Of a DNA stretch of 64,000 nucleotides, positions 22,866 to 34,067 are shown in pieces (position 1 is the stretch's first letter; every line of letters starts with the position of its first letter). The position numbers were made by a program, and so were the translations under genes. The stretch is from an uncultured delta proteobacterium (GTDB lineage: Bacteria > Desulfobacterota > Binatia > UBA9968): assembly GCA_963728565.1 (NCBI GenBank), contig CAVSLC010000023.1, positions 224,001 to 288,000 on the forward strand. Direction: 5' to 3'. The notes beneath the pieces are model-generated. The model was not told the DNA's origin, did not search any database, and saw only the letters and a program-made list of their open reading frames with translations.

Positions 22866-23294
22866 ATGGCAATCTTTAAAACGATACTGGCACCAACGGA
22901 CTTTTCCGACCTCTCAGCCAACGGGGTCGGTTACGCGTGCCAGTTGGCCAGGGAGACGGGAGCGGAGCTCATCGCCTTCAATGTGGTGGTATTGGACGAG
23001 AGCAACCGCATCGACAAGCGCGAAATCGAACAACACAAACAGCGGCTCGCCGATTTTGTCGCCGAGAAAGTCCCGAATGCGGGAGCTGGGTTGAAGATGC
23101 GCCAGCTCGTCGATGCCGGCCAACCCTTCGGCGCCATCGTCGACTGCGCCGAGAAGGAAGGCGTCGATCTGATCGTCATGTCCTCGCACGGACGCGGCGG
23201 CTTAGCGCGCATGCTGATCGGCAGCGTCACGGACAAGATTCTACGCGGATCGCCCTGTCCGGTCCTGGTCGTGCCGTTACAAAAAGAAAATTAG
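22866..23294 (+). CDS. Universal stress protein (single domain)
   Basis: ILAPTDFS, DLIVMSSHGRGG and GSVTDKI..SPCPVLVV. Confidence 0.92.
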   Translation: MAIFKTILAPTDFSDLSANGVGYACQLARETGAELIAFNVVVLDESNRIDKREIEQHKQRLADFVAEKVPNAGAGLKMRQLVDAGQPFGAIVDCAEKEGVDLIVMSSHGRGGLARMLIGSVTDKILRGSPCPVLVVPLQKEN

Positions 23295-23471
23295 CAACCT
23301 CGACGCGGCACTCTGCTGTTCCATTAGAATAGTCAATGGGGATTCGAACCTGCGCTGGAGCGTTGCGCTAGCATTGCTCCAGTTCCACATTGGTATGCCA
23401 GCAATGCCGCGTGAAGTTCGACAGCGCGCGAATAGAATCGATGCCGAACGTCTTCTTACTTTTAATGCCCT

Positions 23472-24075
23472 TCACCAATATCGTACGCGCCCGATATCTA
23501 GGTGGACGAAGTCAGACTTGGGATAATACCCGACGCCGCCGCTCTTGAGAGCTATCGCTGCCTTTTGCAAGATGCGCGTTTCTCGGCCGGGTAATCGGAT
23601 ATCGATCGCTTGACCGACCAGATGCAAGCTGTTTTCTCGCCACTGCCGTGCTGTGCGCGCGCAGGAACTCGTTCGTACGTGCGGAGCGATATCCGGAGAT
23701 GACGTGAAAGGGCTGATTCGCTTCGATTTCTTGGCGAACGGCGAACAGGAAATCCAGTAGCCGGATATCGATCTCGTGTACTTCATTGCTGCGCGGGTCA
23801 CGCAGGACGTAATTGATCTCGCGCAGAGATCCTTCCACATAACCGCCTTGCGCCCAGTAAATGGCCTTGAGTCTCTCGCCCGTATGCGTGTTGTAAAACG
23901 CCAAAGCTCTTTCTTCGACAGACAAGTGTTTACTCGAGCCGAGGACCGCGGACGGTAATAATCCCGTGATCGCGGCCATGCTACCGAGCTTGACGAACGT
24001 TCGCCGCGTCATTCGCATCGGCTGAGTGTCGGAGGTCTGATAGCCGCGTGTCAGCGAATGGTGAAATTTTGTCAT
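23472..24075 (-). CDS. YcbK/MepK (DUF882, M15) peptidase with Tat signal; frameshift at ~23640
   Basis: TRRTFVK Tat motif, NTHTGE, ISGYRS; second frame gives SLHLVGQAIDI..GGVGYYPKSDFVHLD. Confidence 0.85.
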
Positions 24076-25022
24076 TGCGAATCCGTAGCTCCAACTCCGC
24101 GTGTAATCGGTCTAGCGATGCCGTCTTCTTTGCGGATTATACTTTGTGCCAGGTGACGGTCAACGACAGATTCAAGATTGAAGGTTTGCAGCAATGCTTC
24201 GAAAAGTCGCGGGGCATCTGCCTCTTTTTTGTAAACATCTCGATGAGCCTCTAAGTAAACTTGCTGCCCGATTTTGGCGATCAGGAGTCGCTCATAGATG
24301 AGTAGAGCGGGAGTGCCGCGCGAGACCTCGCCAAATAGCTGGGCGATATCGTCCGCGTGGGCGCGTATGCAGCCATGGGTTTGAAATCGATAGATACTTG
24401 TCGGCGCAATCGTGCCATGAATGCCATAGCCCGGGATGCTAAGCCCCAACCAGTGACTTCCCAAAGGATTGTCCGGACCCGGCGGAACACAAGTCTTTAC
24501 CGTCTTGCCCTCGCGTTGCATCTCATCTTGAATCGACTTAGGCACATCCCATGTCGGATTTTCCTCTCTGGCAACGATGGTGAATTGGCCGGTGGGCGTC
24601 GGCCAGTCCCGTCTCCCCAGCCCCACCGGAAAGAAGCGAAGCAATCGGCCCTCCTTGAAATGAAAGAGCAGACGTTGGGGAATATTGATGAGGATACCCT
24701 CTTCGATCCGTTTGGGTATGATGTGGCGATTGTTGATGCGCAGCACTTGTCCGAGTTTTAAAGGAGAGCTCGCAGAAAGATCATTATCCGCAGCGATTAC
24801 CGCCGCGTCTACAGCGAATCTTGCGCCAATGCCGATCAGCGAATCTCCCCGCTTGGCTGCATAGGAAAACTCGCCGCCGACGAGTTGCTGCGATAACGCC
24901 CGGGGCTGTTGGCCGGCAGCCGGGCGATACCCGAGAAGCAACGACAACAGCACCAGCAAAAAACCGACGGCGGTGTGACGGTGAATGCGCATTTCAATGT
25001 TTCCGTGTTCTGAAGTGGCCAT
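24072..25022 (-). CDS. L,D-transpeptidase with LysM domain (ErfK/YcfS-like)
   Basis: GDSL..IG.RF LysM, PGPDNPLG and YGIHGT...THGCIR. Confidence 0.9.
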   Translation of the reverse strand: MATSEHGNIEMRIHRHTAVGFLLVLLSLLLGYRPAAGQQPRALSQQLVGGEFSYAAKRGDSLIGIGARFAVDAAVIAADNDLSASSPLKLGQVLRINNRHIIPKRIEEGILINIPQRLLFHFKEGRLLRFFPVGLGRRDWPTPTGQFTIVAREENPTWDVPKSIQDEMQREGKTVKTCVPPGPDNPLGSHWLGLSIPGYGIHGTIAPTSIYRFQTHGCIRAHADDIAQLFGEVSRGTPALLIYERLLIAKIGQQVYLEAHRDVYKKEADAPRLFEALLQTFNLESVVDRHLAQSIIRKEDGIARPITRGVGATDSQ

Positions 25023-25044
25023 GCAGCCTCGGCTGATGGTTCGA

Positions 25045-25761
25045 TCAATTTTTGGGATCCGGATTTCGGCGCACCAGCTCTTTCATGAAATCCATCTGGA
25101 TTTGCTGGATCTCCAGGAGCTTCTGCCACTGGTGCTTGAGCAGGACGTCAAGCTTTTCGTGCAGATGGCGGATCTCAAGCTCGGCCTTGAGATTAACTTG
25201 GTAGTCGTTTTCCGAGCGAAGACGATCTCGGACTTCCATGCGATTTTGGCTCATCATGATCACCGGCGCTTGTATCGCCGCCAAGCACGACAAGATCAGG
25301 TTCAGCAGGATAAAGGATACGAATCAAAGGGGCGGGAAAGCAGCGCGAAGCTGTTGATGCCGATCCATACCGCCAGCACCAGCGAAAAAAAGCCGATGAA
25401 TGTCCAGCTGCCGCCGAAGGAGGCGACGCGATCGGCGACACGCTGACCGAAGGTAACGCTTTTTTCGAATGCCCGGTTTAGATTCTCGGCCAGAGTTTCC
25501 TGCTCCTTCATGACTCTCCACAACTTCCTTTTCGAGCTGCGTCAGCTCGCCGACTTCTTCTTTCAGAGCGTCTTCGACGTACTCCGAACGAAAAACATCA
25601 AGGCAGTCCAGGCAGATCATATCCATGCTGGTGCCCAGGCGGGAGTCGCGTTTCTTGATCGTCTCAATGATAGCCGGCCTAAGCATCTCGCCAGGAATCA
25701 TGGATTCATAAGGGTGATTTTTCTGACAGTGAAAACAGCGTTGTGCGACGGGTTCCGGCAT
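25045..25761 (-). CDS. DUF1003 membrane protein, split into three frames
   Basis: GQRVADRVASFGGSW, AAIQAPVIMMSQNR and DYQVNLKAELEI..LHEKLD found across ORFs 25324/25302/25045. Confidence 0.8.
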
Positions 25762-25778
25762 AGTTCCTCCTTTAGCGT

Positions 25779-28700
25779 TTAGCCGAGAAATTCTAACCTA
25801 TATCCCTTTCGCCGGTAGTATTTCTTGGCTTCTTCAAAGACCAATACCAGCACCGTGCCGTGGAACGCGAACAAGTAAACATGCCAGGGGAGGGGGGCGA
25901 AGTAGTAGATCTCGGAAAGCGGCGTGTAGAAAAAAACATAGCAAAGCGCCAGCTCCAACAAGATGCCGAGATCGATGAGCGGGTTGGAGATGAAATTGAA
26001 GATGATGTAGTGCCGCTCGAAAAAAGCCGCAACCCATCGGGTGAACGGCGCGATGACGGGACGCTCGAGGCGCACGAGAGATTGAGATAGCAGCATCCAG
26101 ATGAATCTGAAGGGCAGAAGCACTAGCCCGACCGATCAGGGCGAAGAGAGCGCGGACGGCGGTGAATTCAGCGGCGCGTTGAACGTGATACTCGATGTGC
26201 ACTCGCGCGGTGTACCGAGGCGGCCGCCAGTTGGCTATGGCTGCGAGGGCCTCACTGCGACGAAGCGGGTGGAGGAAATTCCAAGAGAAGAGTGAGCTTT
26301 GCCATGACCGTTTGCATAAGACATTGGCAATCTGCGCGGTTACGGTGGGGAAAAAATATGCGGTCAATGTTTGCAGATAAGCCGACGACGCTTCCCCGAA
26401 GTTGAGGCCGGCAGGTGACGGCGGCATCGAGGCAACACTCTGGCCCGGTTTCCAGGCGCCAAGCACCCAACCCATATAAAAGTAAGTAGCGTAGCAGCTA
26501 AGCGCGAGCAGAGTTCCCTGGACAAAATAAGAGCGGAGTATGAACTTGAGCGAAAGCAGCTTTTCGTCGCGGCGCCGTGGCGTTCGCTCCATGATGCCGT
26601 TTTCCGGAGGCTCGATGCCCAAGCCCATCGCCGGAATGAGGTCCGTGCCTACATCGACCGCCAAAACGCCCATGATTGTCATTGCCAGCGGAGTGCCGGG
26701 AAAGAGTACCCAAAAAATGTACGGGTACATTTCCTGCGGGTTACTGTTGAGCACGTAGGCGGCGAATCGTTTGATGTTGTCGAATATCGCGCGGCCCTCT
26801 TCGATGGCAGCGACAATGGAGCTGAAGTTATCATCGGTCAGAATCATGCGCGCGGCCTCTTTGGCGACATCGTTACCGCGCACTCCCATAGCAATGCCGA
26901 TATCGGCCTTCTTCAAGGCCGGGGCGTCATTAACGCCATCACCGGTGACGGCGACGATCTCCCCCATCTGTTTCAGCAAGGAAACGATGCGTAGTTTATG
27001 TTCTGGCGCGACCCGGGCGAAGATGGTTTCCTGTTGGGACAGAATTTCGCGCAACGCGTCATCGTCCAACTCGGAAACTTCGGCGCCTGTGAAACATTTC
27101 AGGGATCCGTTCTGTCCAAGACCGATTTGCCGGCCGATGCTGGCGGCGGTGAGCGGGTAATCGCCAGTGACCATGAGGACGCGGATCCCGGCGGTATGGC
27201 AGTCGCGGATTGCCCCGGGAACCTCGGCCCGCGCCGGATCCGATAGTGCTACCAAGCCAAGGAAGACTAAGTGCGTCTCGATGCATGCTGTCGTGTAAGC
27301 AGCGCCGTTTAATTCCGCTCCTTCTCGGTATGCAAATGCGAGCACCCGCAGGCCGCGCTGTGCCATTGCGTCATTTTCCTCGACAATCCGCCGGCGCTCT
27401 GCGTCCGTTAGCGGGCGGATCTCGCCATTCCAACAGAGCCGGTCGCACTGTTGGAGCGTTTCCAGTGGAGCGCCTTTGACATAAATCGTTGGCTCGCTCT
27501 GCTGATGGGCCTTAATCACGACGCTCATCCGTTTGCGGATCGATTCGAAAGGATTTAAATGCAGGCGTTGATGAACGCCGCGAAGCCCGGCTTTTTCGGC
27601 CAGGCACACTAAAGCTCCCTCCGTGGGGTCGCCGATCACACGGTAATCCGCGCCTTGTTTGCTCAGCCGTGCGTTGTTGCACGTAAAAGCGCAATCCAGC
27701 AAGCGGCGCAAGGTCGGCCAATGAGAGATTGCATCCAAAGAAAGCCTTTGTCCCGAGGTTTTAAATTCTCCTTGCGGTCGATAACCGGACGCCGGAGACT
27801 TGGACGATCTTGCCGTCAACGGCAATTTCGCTGGCCATCATGAGATTTTGCGTAAGCGTGCCGGTCTTATCGCAGCAAATCACCGTAGTGCACCCCAGAG
27901 TCTCGACCGAAGGCAAGCTTTTCACCAGCGCATGGCGCTTGGCCATGCGTTGCACGCCCATCGCCAATGATAATGTCACAGTGGGAAGTAAGCCTTCGGG
28001 CACATTGGCGACAAAAAGACCGATGAAGAAAACGAACGCCGCGAGAAAACTCAGGCCCGCGAAGAGCCAGCCCATAATGAGAAAGGTTAAGCCCAAGCCA
28101 CCGGCGAGGGCGGCGATGGAGTAAACTGTGGCGCGGAGTTGTTTCTGTAACGGGCTTTGTTCGGCTCGAATGTCCCGAGTCAGATTGGCGATTTTACCGA
28201 TTTCTGTATTCATCCCGGTGCCGAAGATCACAGCCCGAGCCCGGCCGCGCAGCAAAGATGTGCCGGCGAAGATGACATTGGGTAGCTCGAGCCAAAGAAA
28301 CTTGCCCGGAATGAGAATCGGCTGATCCGACTTGTAGCGACGTGCCGGCGTGGATTCGCCGGTCAGCGAGGAATTGTCTAGCTCAACTTCGAAGGCCTCC
28401 AGCAATCGTGCATCGGCCGGTACGAGATCACCTTCTTCAACCACGATCAGATCGCCGGGAACAAGCTGGCTTGCATCACACTCCTGGAGGTTGCCGTCGC
28501 GCATCACCTGACAACGCTGGGTGATGAGTTGCTGTAAAATCTCCAAGGAACGGTCGGATTTGTATTCTTGCAGAAATGCAAAAAGGCCGTTCACCAGAAT
28601 CACAACCAAAATGGCAATTCCGAGTTGCGGCAGATCGACTCCGGGAATGAAACAGAGCAGGGCCGCGATCCAAAGCAAGATGGCAAAGAAGCTAAACAGG

Positions 28701-29296
28701 TTGCGCAAGAGCTTAAGCTGCCAGGGATCAACGCGCCACCGTTGCAGCAGGTTAGGTCCGTAATGGCGTAAACGCTGTTGCGCCTCGGTTGACGTCAGCC
28801 CATGCGTGAGATTGGTTTGGAGCTCGAAGCCGATCTGCTCCTGAGTGAGATTCAAATAGGTCGGCAAAGCCGATTGCTGCTCGGCACGCGCGATGATTCT
28901 AAGCACCCGGACCGGATCGCGCTGCGCCAAGAGTTCATCACGGATCGCCGGGAGCAGCGAGCAGATGCGCTGTAAAATCTGCAGATGTTGCGGCGGCTGC
29001 TCGGCTGGCGTTGCAAGAAGCAGGACAATGTTGATTCGTTGATTGTTAAAGGAGAGGCCCTCCGGGGAAATCCCGAGGATCAATTCCGGCGCGGCAAGAT
29101 GATCGATGCGCACATGGGGTACGGCAATTCCGTGACCGATACAACTATAGCGCTCATTCTCGTCCGCTTTTTGTGCTCGGAAATGATTGGCGAGGTCAGC
29201 CACAGACGATCGGCCACAAAGCTCGTCAATGGCTTTGACGAGGGTTCCCTTAAGCCCGAAACCGATCTTTGTTGAGTCCAGGCGGTCGGCAATCAT
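25779..29296 (-). CDS. Cation-transporting P-type ATPase (Na/K-ATPase-like) with N-terminal PTS EIIA domain; frameshifts at ~27800 and ~26120
   Basis: GHGIAVPH (EIIA), LTGES, VANVPEGLLPTVT, DKTGT, KGAP, TGD, GDGVNDAPALKKAD and DVGTD. Confidence 0.88.
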
Positions 29297-29559
29297 GGTC
29301 CAAGGCTGGGAAGCCGCTCGCTATTCGATAGACGACATTGGAGACCACGGCCGATCGCATGTAGCAACGCGGCACTCAGTACCATCAGAAAGATCCCAAG
29401 CTGGCTGACGGTCAATCTGCCGATCGGTTGGCCGATGATCATCAAGCACGCGATCAGGGCCAGGTGTTTGGCAAGCTTTATGAAAAAGGCGCCGATCACG
29501 CACGCGGGCGCGAGAAACGACTTCGTGCTAGCAGGCTCGCTTTGCTGCCGATGGAGCAT
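29293..29559 (-). CDS. Small two-helix membrane protein
   Basis: Two hydrophobic segments; overlaps the ATPase start by 4 nt. Confidence 0.5.
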   Translation of the reverse strand: MLHRQQSEPASTKSFLAPACVIGAFFIKLAKHLALIACLMIIGQPIGRLTVSQLGIFLMVLSAALLHAIGRGLQCRLSNSERLPSLGP

Positions 29560-29595
29560 GTGGGATCCTCGCCAAGTGAGCGTGCCACCGGCTGA

Positions 29596-30024
29596 TTAGG
29601 CGATCGATCCCACATAATGCAGGACGTTGGTCGTGGTGACCAAACCCACCAGGGCTCCATCACTGAGGACGGGCACACAACCGATTTTCTTGTTTGCCAT
29701 GAGCATCGCGGCATCTTTGATCGGCGTGTCGGGCGTCACCGTTATGACCCGTTTTTGCATAATGTCCTTGATCAACTCGTTTTTGAGCAAAGCCGATCTG
29801 CTTTTCTGCTTAAGACCAAAGATACGGTTCGCCGCGGCGCCGATAAGGTCTCGTCCGGAGATCAACCCCACCAACTTGCCATTATCCAAGATCGGAATGT
29901 GGCGAATGCGACCAAGAGAAATTACGTCACTAGCCAGATCTAGAGTATCGTTGGGGGCCAAAGTCACGGGCGAGCCCATCATAATCTCCTTTACGGTCCC
30001 GTTCTTTTGATTTTTATTTTTCAT
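29596..30024 (-). CDS. CBS domain pair protein
   Basis: IRHIPIL..GKLVGLIS and KIGCVPV..GLVT. Confidence 0.9.
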   Translation of the reverse strand: MKNKNQKNGTVKEIMMGSPVTLAPNDTLDLASDVISLGRIRHIPILDNGKLVGLISGRDLIGAAANRIFGLKQKSRSALLKNELIKDIMQKRVITVTPDTPIKDAAMLMANKKIGCVPVLSDGALVGLVTTTNVLHYVGSIA

Positions 30025-30099
30025 ATGAGCGCTCCTCTCAGACGTGTTGGAGGCGACGCCGGAACAATATTTCGGCGCCTCCCCTTAGCGAAGAATTGT

Positions 30100-30114
30100 G
30101 CACTGTCCGTGCCA
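30100..30114 (-). promoter_or_regulatory. Sigma-54 -24/-12 promoter
   Basis: TGGCACGGACAGTGC. Confidence 0.7.
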
Positions 30115-30331
30115 ATCGCAGCCGGTGCTTCTTCTCGGAATTCCCGTTGGCGCCAGCGCCCGCGAGAAGTCTAAACGGCAAGAATATTCACGCTAGTTCC
30201 GCATGAATAAGAAGAGCGCGGCAGAAAAAGTTTGCATCGCCTTTGGTCGACCGCGGACCTATCTTTTGCGGTTCATCGCAGATCGCTCGAAACACCGCCC
30301 TTATGCGGCATGCCTAAGGGGCAGCGCTAAC

Positions 30332-30790
30332 TCACTGAGCTGCAATCGTTGAGTTTGCCGGCTCCGTAAATGGGTAAGGACTAGCGGACGTGCTTATTGA
30401 TCCGCGAAGGTTTGTCGCCCTCCCACTGGTGCTCACAACGCAGCGCAAAGCAGAATCGCGGTATTGAGCCGTTGACTGGCACGTAATGCCGGGACCTTGA
30501 GGCACTCCACAGGAACTGGTCTCAGTAACATTGTCGCCTCTCCAATCGAAAATTTCCGCAACAATGATACGATTTACGCTATCGGTATTAGTGGCGAAAC
30601 AAGCTGCAGTAAAGCCAGCGGGTTCATGAATGGCTGCAGTTGAGAGATGTTCAAATCTCTGGAGATGACCGGCTGTCGTTTGAAACCCGGAGCCGTCTGG
30701 CCCAACAGTCGAGGGACTTTCGGCCCGAACGCCTGCGACAAAAATAAGCATGAGAATAGTCTTGGCGATGATGGCGTAGAACAACATCAT
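30332..30790 (-). CDS. Hypothetical secreted protein with four Cys
   Basis: AGGAGG RBS and a signal-peptide-like N-terminus. Confidence 0.5.
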   Translation of the reverse strand: MMLFYAIIAKTILMLIFVAGVRAESPSTVGPDGSGFQTTAGHLQRFEHLSTAAIHEPAGFTAACFATNTDSVNRIIVAEIFDWRGDNVTETSSCGVPQGPGITCQSTAQYRDSALRCVVSTSGRATNLRGSISTSASPYPFTEPANSTIAAQ

Positions 30791-30866
30791 AAATCCTCCT
30801 TTGTGCCCATCGACCGTCATTATCTTTTTTTGATTCCTGCACTCACGCAGGCAATTAGAAATCCCA

Positions 30867-31256
30867 TTACAGATCATAGATGGGCGTCCGAATCGCCACG
30901 TGCTCGCCCATGGCGATAGCGCTGACTATGTCGGCACGGCTGACGATTCCGATAATTTTGCCGCCGTCCGTAACCGGCACCCGCTTGATAGCGTGGGTGA
31001 TCATGAGCTGGGCAATCTCTTCAACAGCGGTATCCTCCCGGACACTGACAACTTTTCTGCTCATGATCGATTTGGCATCCTTGCCTTTTTTTGCCACGAT
31101 ATCCGCTTCCGAAACGATGCCCAGGATTTTACCCTGTTCATCTACGACTGGGGCACCGCTGATCTGATTTTTGATCAAGATCATGGCTAAGTTCCTGACC
31201 TTAGTGGTCGGGCTTATGGTAATGATGTCGCGGGTCATAACATCTTTGGCGAACAT
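30867..31256 (-). CDS. CBS domain pair protein
   Basis: ISGAPVVD..GIVSEADI and IKRVPV..GIVSRADI. Confidence 0.9.
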   Translation of the reverse strand: MFAKDVMTRDIITISPTTKVRNLAMILIKNQISGAPVVDEQGKILGIVSEADIVAKKGKDAKSIMSRKVVSVREDTAVEEIAQLMITHAIKRVPVTDGGKIIGIVSRADIVSAIAMGEHVAIRTPIYDL

Positions 31257-31268
31257 TGTTTGCTCCTC

Positions 31269-32282
31269 CTAGAATCCTCTTTTGGCCATCAACATCGCGA
31301 GGTCTGCTACGCGGCAACTGTAACCCCATTCGTTATCGTACCAACTCAACACCTTGGCCATCTTGCCATCGAGCACTACCGTCGATAGACCGTCCACAAT
31401 TGCCGAAGCGGGGTTGCCGCGAAAGTCGCTGGACACCAGCGGCTCACCGCAAAAGGCCAGAATTTCCGTCATAGCCCCTTGCGCTGCCTGTCTGAAAGCC
31501 TCATTGATAGTGTCCACTGTCGCAGACTTTTTAAGATCGACGACAAGGTCAACAACAGAGACGGTTGATGTCGGCACTCTCAAGGAGATGCCATGGAGCT
31601 TGCCTTTTAGCTCCGGCATGACAAGGCCAATCGCCTTTGCCGCCCCGGTGCTGGTCGGGACGATATTCATTGCCGCTGCCCGAGCCCGGCGCAGATCCTT
31701 GTGCATCAGGTCAAGAATTCTTTGGTCGTTGGTGTAGGCATGGGTGGTCGTCATGAGACCGCGCTCGATGCCGAAATTCTCGTGAAGCACTTTGGCAACT
31801 GGCGCTAGACAGTTCGTAGTGCATGACGCGTTTGAGACAATATGGTGCTCGCGCGGATTGTAGCTGGTATCGTTTACCCCGAGAACTAGAGTAATGTCTT
31901 CGTGGCTGGCAGGCGCGGTAACGATTGCTTTTCTGGCGCCGGCGCTTAGGTGCGCGCGTACCTGGGCGGCGTCGGTAAACACTCCGGTCGCTTCAATGAC
32001 GATATCCACGCCCAACTGTTTCCACGGCAAACGCGACGGATCCCTCTGGTTGAGAACGCTGATTTCTCGCCCGTCAACAGTCATGGTGCCGTCGCTCGAT
32101 TCAACTGTTCCCGGATAGATTCCGTAGGTAGAGTCGTAGCGGAACAAATGGGCGTTGGTTTTTAAGTCCGCCATGTCGTTGATGGCGATCACGGCGAGAT
32201 CTTTCTTGTAGCGTGCCTGTAGAGTGCGTAATACGAGACGGCCGATTCGGCCAAATCCGTTAATTGCGAGACTAGTCGTCAT
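31269..32282 (-). CDS. gap: Glyceraldehyde-3-phosphate dehydrogenase type I
   Basis: [19 protein letters not shown] and WYDNEWGYS. Confidence 0.97.
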   Translation of the reverse strand: MTTSLAINGFGRIGRLVLRTLQARYKKDLAVIAINDMADLKTNAHLFRYDSTYGIYPGTVESSDGTMTVDGREISVLNQRDPSRLPWKQLGVDIVIEATGVFTDAAQVRAHLSAGARKAIVTAPASHEDITLVLGVNDTSYNPREHHIVSNASCTTNCLAPVAKVLHENFGIERGLMTTTHAYTNDQRILDLMHKDLRRARAAAMNIVPTSTGAAKAIGLVMPELKGKLHGISLRVPTSTVSVVDLVVDLKKSATVDTINEAFRQAAQGAMTEILAFCGEPLVSSDFRGNPASAIVDGLSTVVLDGKMAKVLSWYDNEWGYSCRVADLAMLMAKRGF

Positions 32283-32462
32283 GGGAGATCCTCTCAGCTG
32301 CCGAGGGTTAGATCGGTTGTCAAATATCCAAAGCGATCGCCAGAGGTCGACCGACCGCCCTCGCTTGCGCCTGGCGTAGCTTGTCTCGGCATAAATCCTC
32401 TCTTGCCTGAACCCCCAAACGCTATCGGACCATTCAGGATTTACTGACGCGGATTTGCATGA

Positions 32463-32477
32463 GCGATTTTCGTGCCG
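32463..32477 (-). promoter_or_regulatory. Sigma-54 -24/-12 promoter (weaker match)
   Basis: CGGCACGAAAATCGC upstream of gap. Confidence 0.55.
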
Positions 32478-32628
32478 CTCAGTGAGCTCTGGTTTTCATC
32501 TCCAACGAAAGCGGTGCCTGGTGTAATTCCTTTCGCATGCCTGCGAAGCTGGCAGATTTATATTCGCAAAACTAGGAAGACCAGGTTTCATCTTTCTTAT
32601 AGCGGTAAGTTTTTGAGTTTTTCCCGGC

Positions 32629-32643
32629 TGGCATCTGCTTTGC
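32629..32643 (+). promoter_or_regulatory. Sigma-54 -24/-12 promoter
   Basis: TGGCATCTGCTTTGC. Confidence 0.75.
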
Positions 32644-32692
32644 GCAAGTGTCAGTTCGGTAAAAGTGAAATTGACAAAGAGGGGAGAAAGTT

Positions 32693-33256
32693 ATGAGCAC
32701 CAGAGTTAGTATTGAGGAGCCGCCGATAGCGCGGATGCTGTTCAGCGATACGCGGTTCGGCTGGTTGTGGTTACCGCTGCGCTTGTACCTCGGCTACATG
32801 TGGTTTGAAGCAGGCTGGCATAAATTCGTCGATCCGAAATGGATGGGTAGCGGCGAAGCGTTGCTTGAGTATTGGAAGCGCGGTCTCAAGATGGCGCCCA
32901 AGCCGACAATTTCTTACGATTGGTATCGCGGCTTCATAGAATACCTGGTCAATGCTGAAGCGCACACCTGGTTTTCGAAGATCATCATTTTTGGAGAGCT
33001 GGCAGTAGCCGCGGCATTGATTCTGGGCGCATTCGTCGGGATAGCGGCATTTTTCGGCGGTCTCATGAATTGGAGCTTCATCATGGCCGGATCCGCATCT
33101 ACCAATGGCATGCTGTTCGCCATTGCCACTTGGTTGGTGCTCGCATGGCGTAACGCGGGCTGGATCGGCCTCGATCGGTGGCTCTTGCCGGCGGTTGGGA
33201 CGCCTTGGAAACCCGGCCGTCTGCTCGGCAGGCATCGACCAGTGAAGGTGACGTGA
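32693..33256 (+). CDS. DoxX/DoxD-like (thiosulfate:quinone oxidoreductase small subunit-like) membrane protein
   Basis: LRLYLG..W..AGWHK, GEL, MN...AGSASTN and AGWIGLDRWLLP. Confidence 0.8.
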   Translation: MSTRVSIEEPPIARMLFSDTRFGWLWLPLRLYLGYMWFEAGWHKFVDPKWMGSGEALLEYWKRGLKMAPKPTISYDWYRGFIEYLVNAEAHTWFSKIIIFGELAVAAALILGAFVGIAAFFGGLMNWSFIMAGSASTNGMLFAIATWLVLAWRNAGWIGLDRWLLPAVGTPWKPGRLLGRHRPVKVT

Positions 33257-33325
33257 GGATCAATAATTCCTGCGGGTGGGGAGCGTTTTCCCCGCCTCAA
33301 CCGAGAGGATAAAAGGAGAAGAGCC

Positions 33326-33832
33326 ATGGAAGATTTCGCGGATGTAGACGCTATGTTCGGACTCACGGCCAGGCACGACGAGATTTCGCCGATCGAAAGA
33401 TTGCTCAACCAGTTTGAAGCGCACGAAGCCAAGGAAGATCGGGCCCTGGAGTTCTACAAAAAAACTATTGCACATATGCCGAGCCCGCTTACTCGATTCG
33501 TGATGCAACTAATCATCTCCGACGAAGAGAAACACCGGGCGCTGATTCACGCCATGGTTGCGACCCTAACAGGCAGTCTCAACTGGACCAAGCCGCCCGA
33601 CGGTCTCGAAGGCATCGGCGAGTTTTCGAGCTTGAACGGCAAGGTGCGCGAGGTTACCGATGAGCTTATCCGGCTGGAGAGAGAGGGAATTCGCGAAAAT
33701 CATAACCTCATCAAAGAAAGCAGCGGCTATTACCACGGCTTATTCAAAGTCTTGCTCGACAGCATGATCCGCGACTCGGAAAAGCACGTGGAGTTGCTGG
33801 AATTTCTCCGAGAGAATCTCAAAGAAGCATGA
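33326..33832 (+). CDS. Ferritin/rubrerythrin-like four-helix protein
   Basis: DEEKH and DSEKH carboxylate-His motifs. Confidence 0.7.
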   Translation: MEDFADVDAMFGLTARHDEISPIERLLNQFEAHEAKEDRALEFYKKTIAHMPSPLTRFVMQLIISDEEKHRALIHAMVATLTGSLNWTKPPDGLEGIGEFSSLNGKVREVTDELIRLEREGIRENHNLIKESSGYYHGLFKVLLDSMIRDSEKHVELLEFLRENLKEA

Positions 33833-34067
33833 GTCGCTAGGCGAGTAACCGCCGAGGAGATCACAATGCTGATGCGCATGGACTGACTGCCTTTCGCGGC
33901 CTTCATGATCGGATCGCCGGCCAGCCACACGCCCAAAGATATCCAGAAAAGGTATTCACAATCGTCTTCCCGTTTACGGCCGGCGGTCCAAAGTGAGAGG
34001 GTGGCTCGGCTCATCGCTCAACCCTGACTGAAGTGCTCACATTCCACCATAAGCGTAAATTTATCGT

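Noticed and set aside
23330-23410. GGTTCGAATCCCC (tRNA T-loop-like) on the minus strand; possible tRNA or selC
   Set aside because: The T-stem does not pair beyond 2 bp, and no acceptor stem, anticodon arm or CCA can be built.
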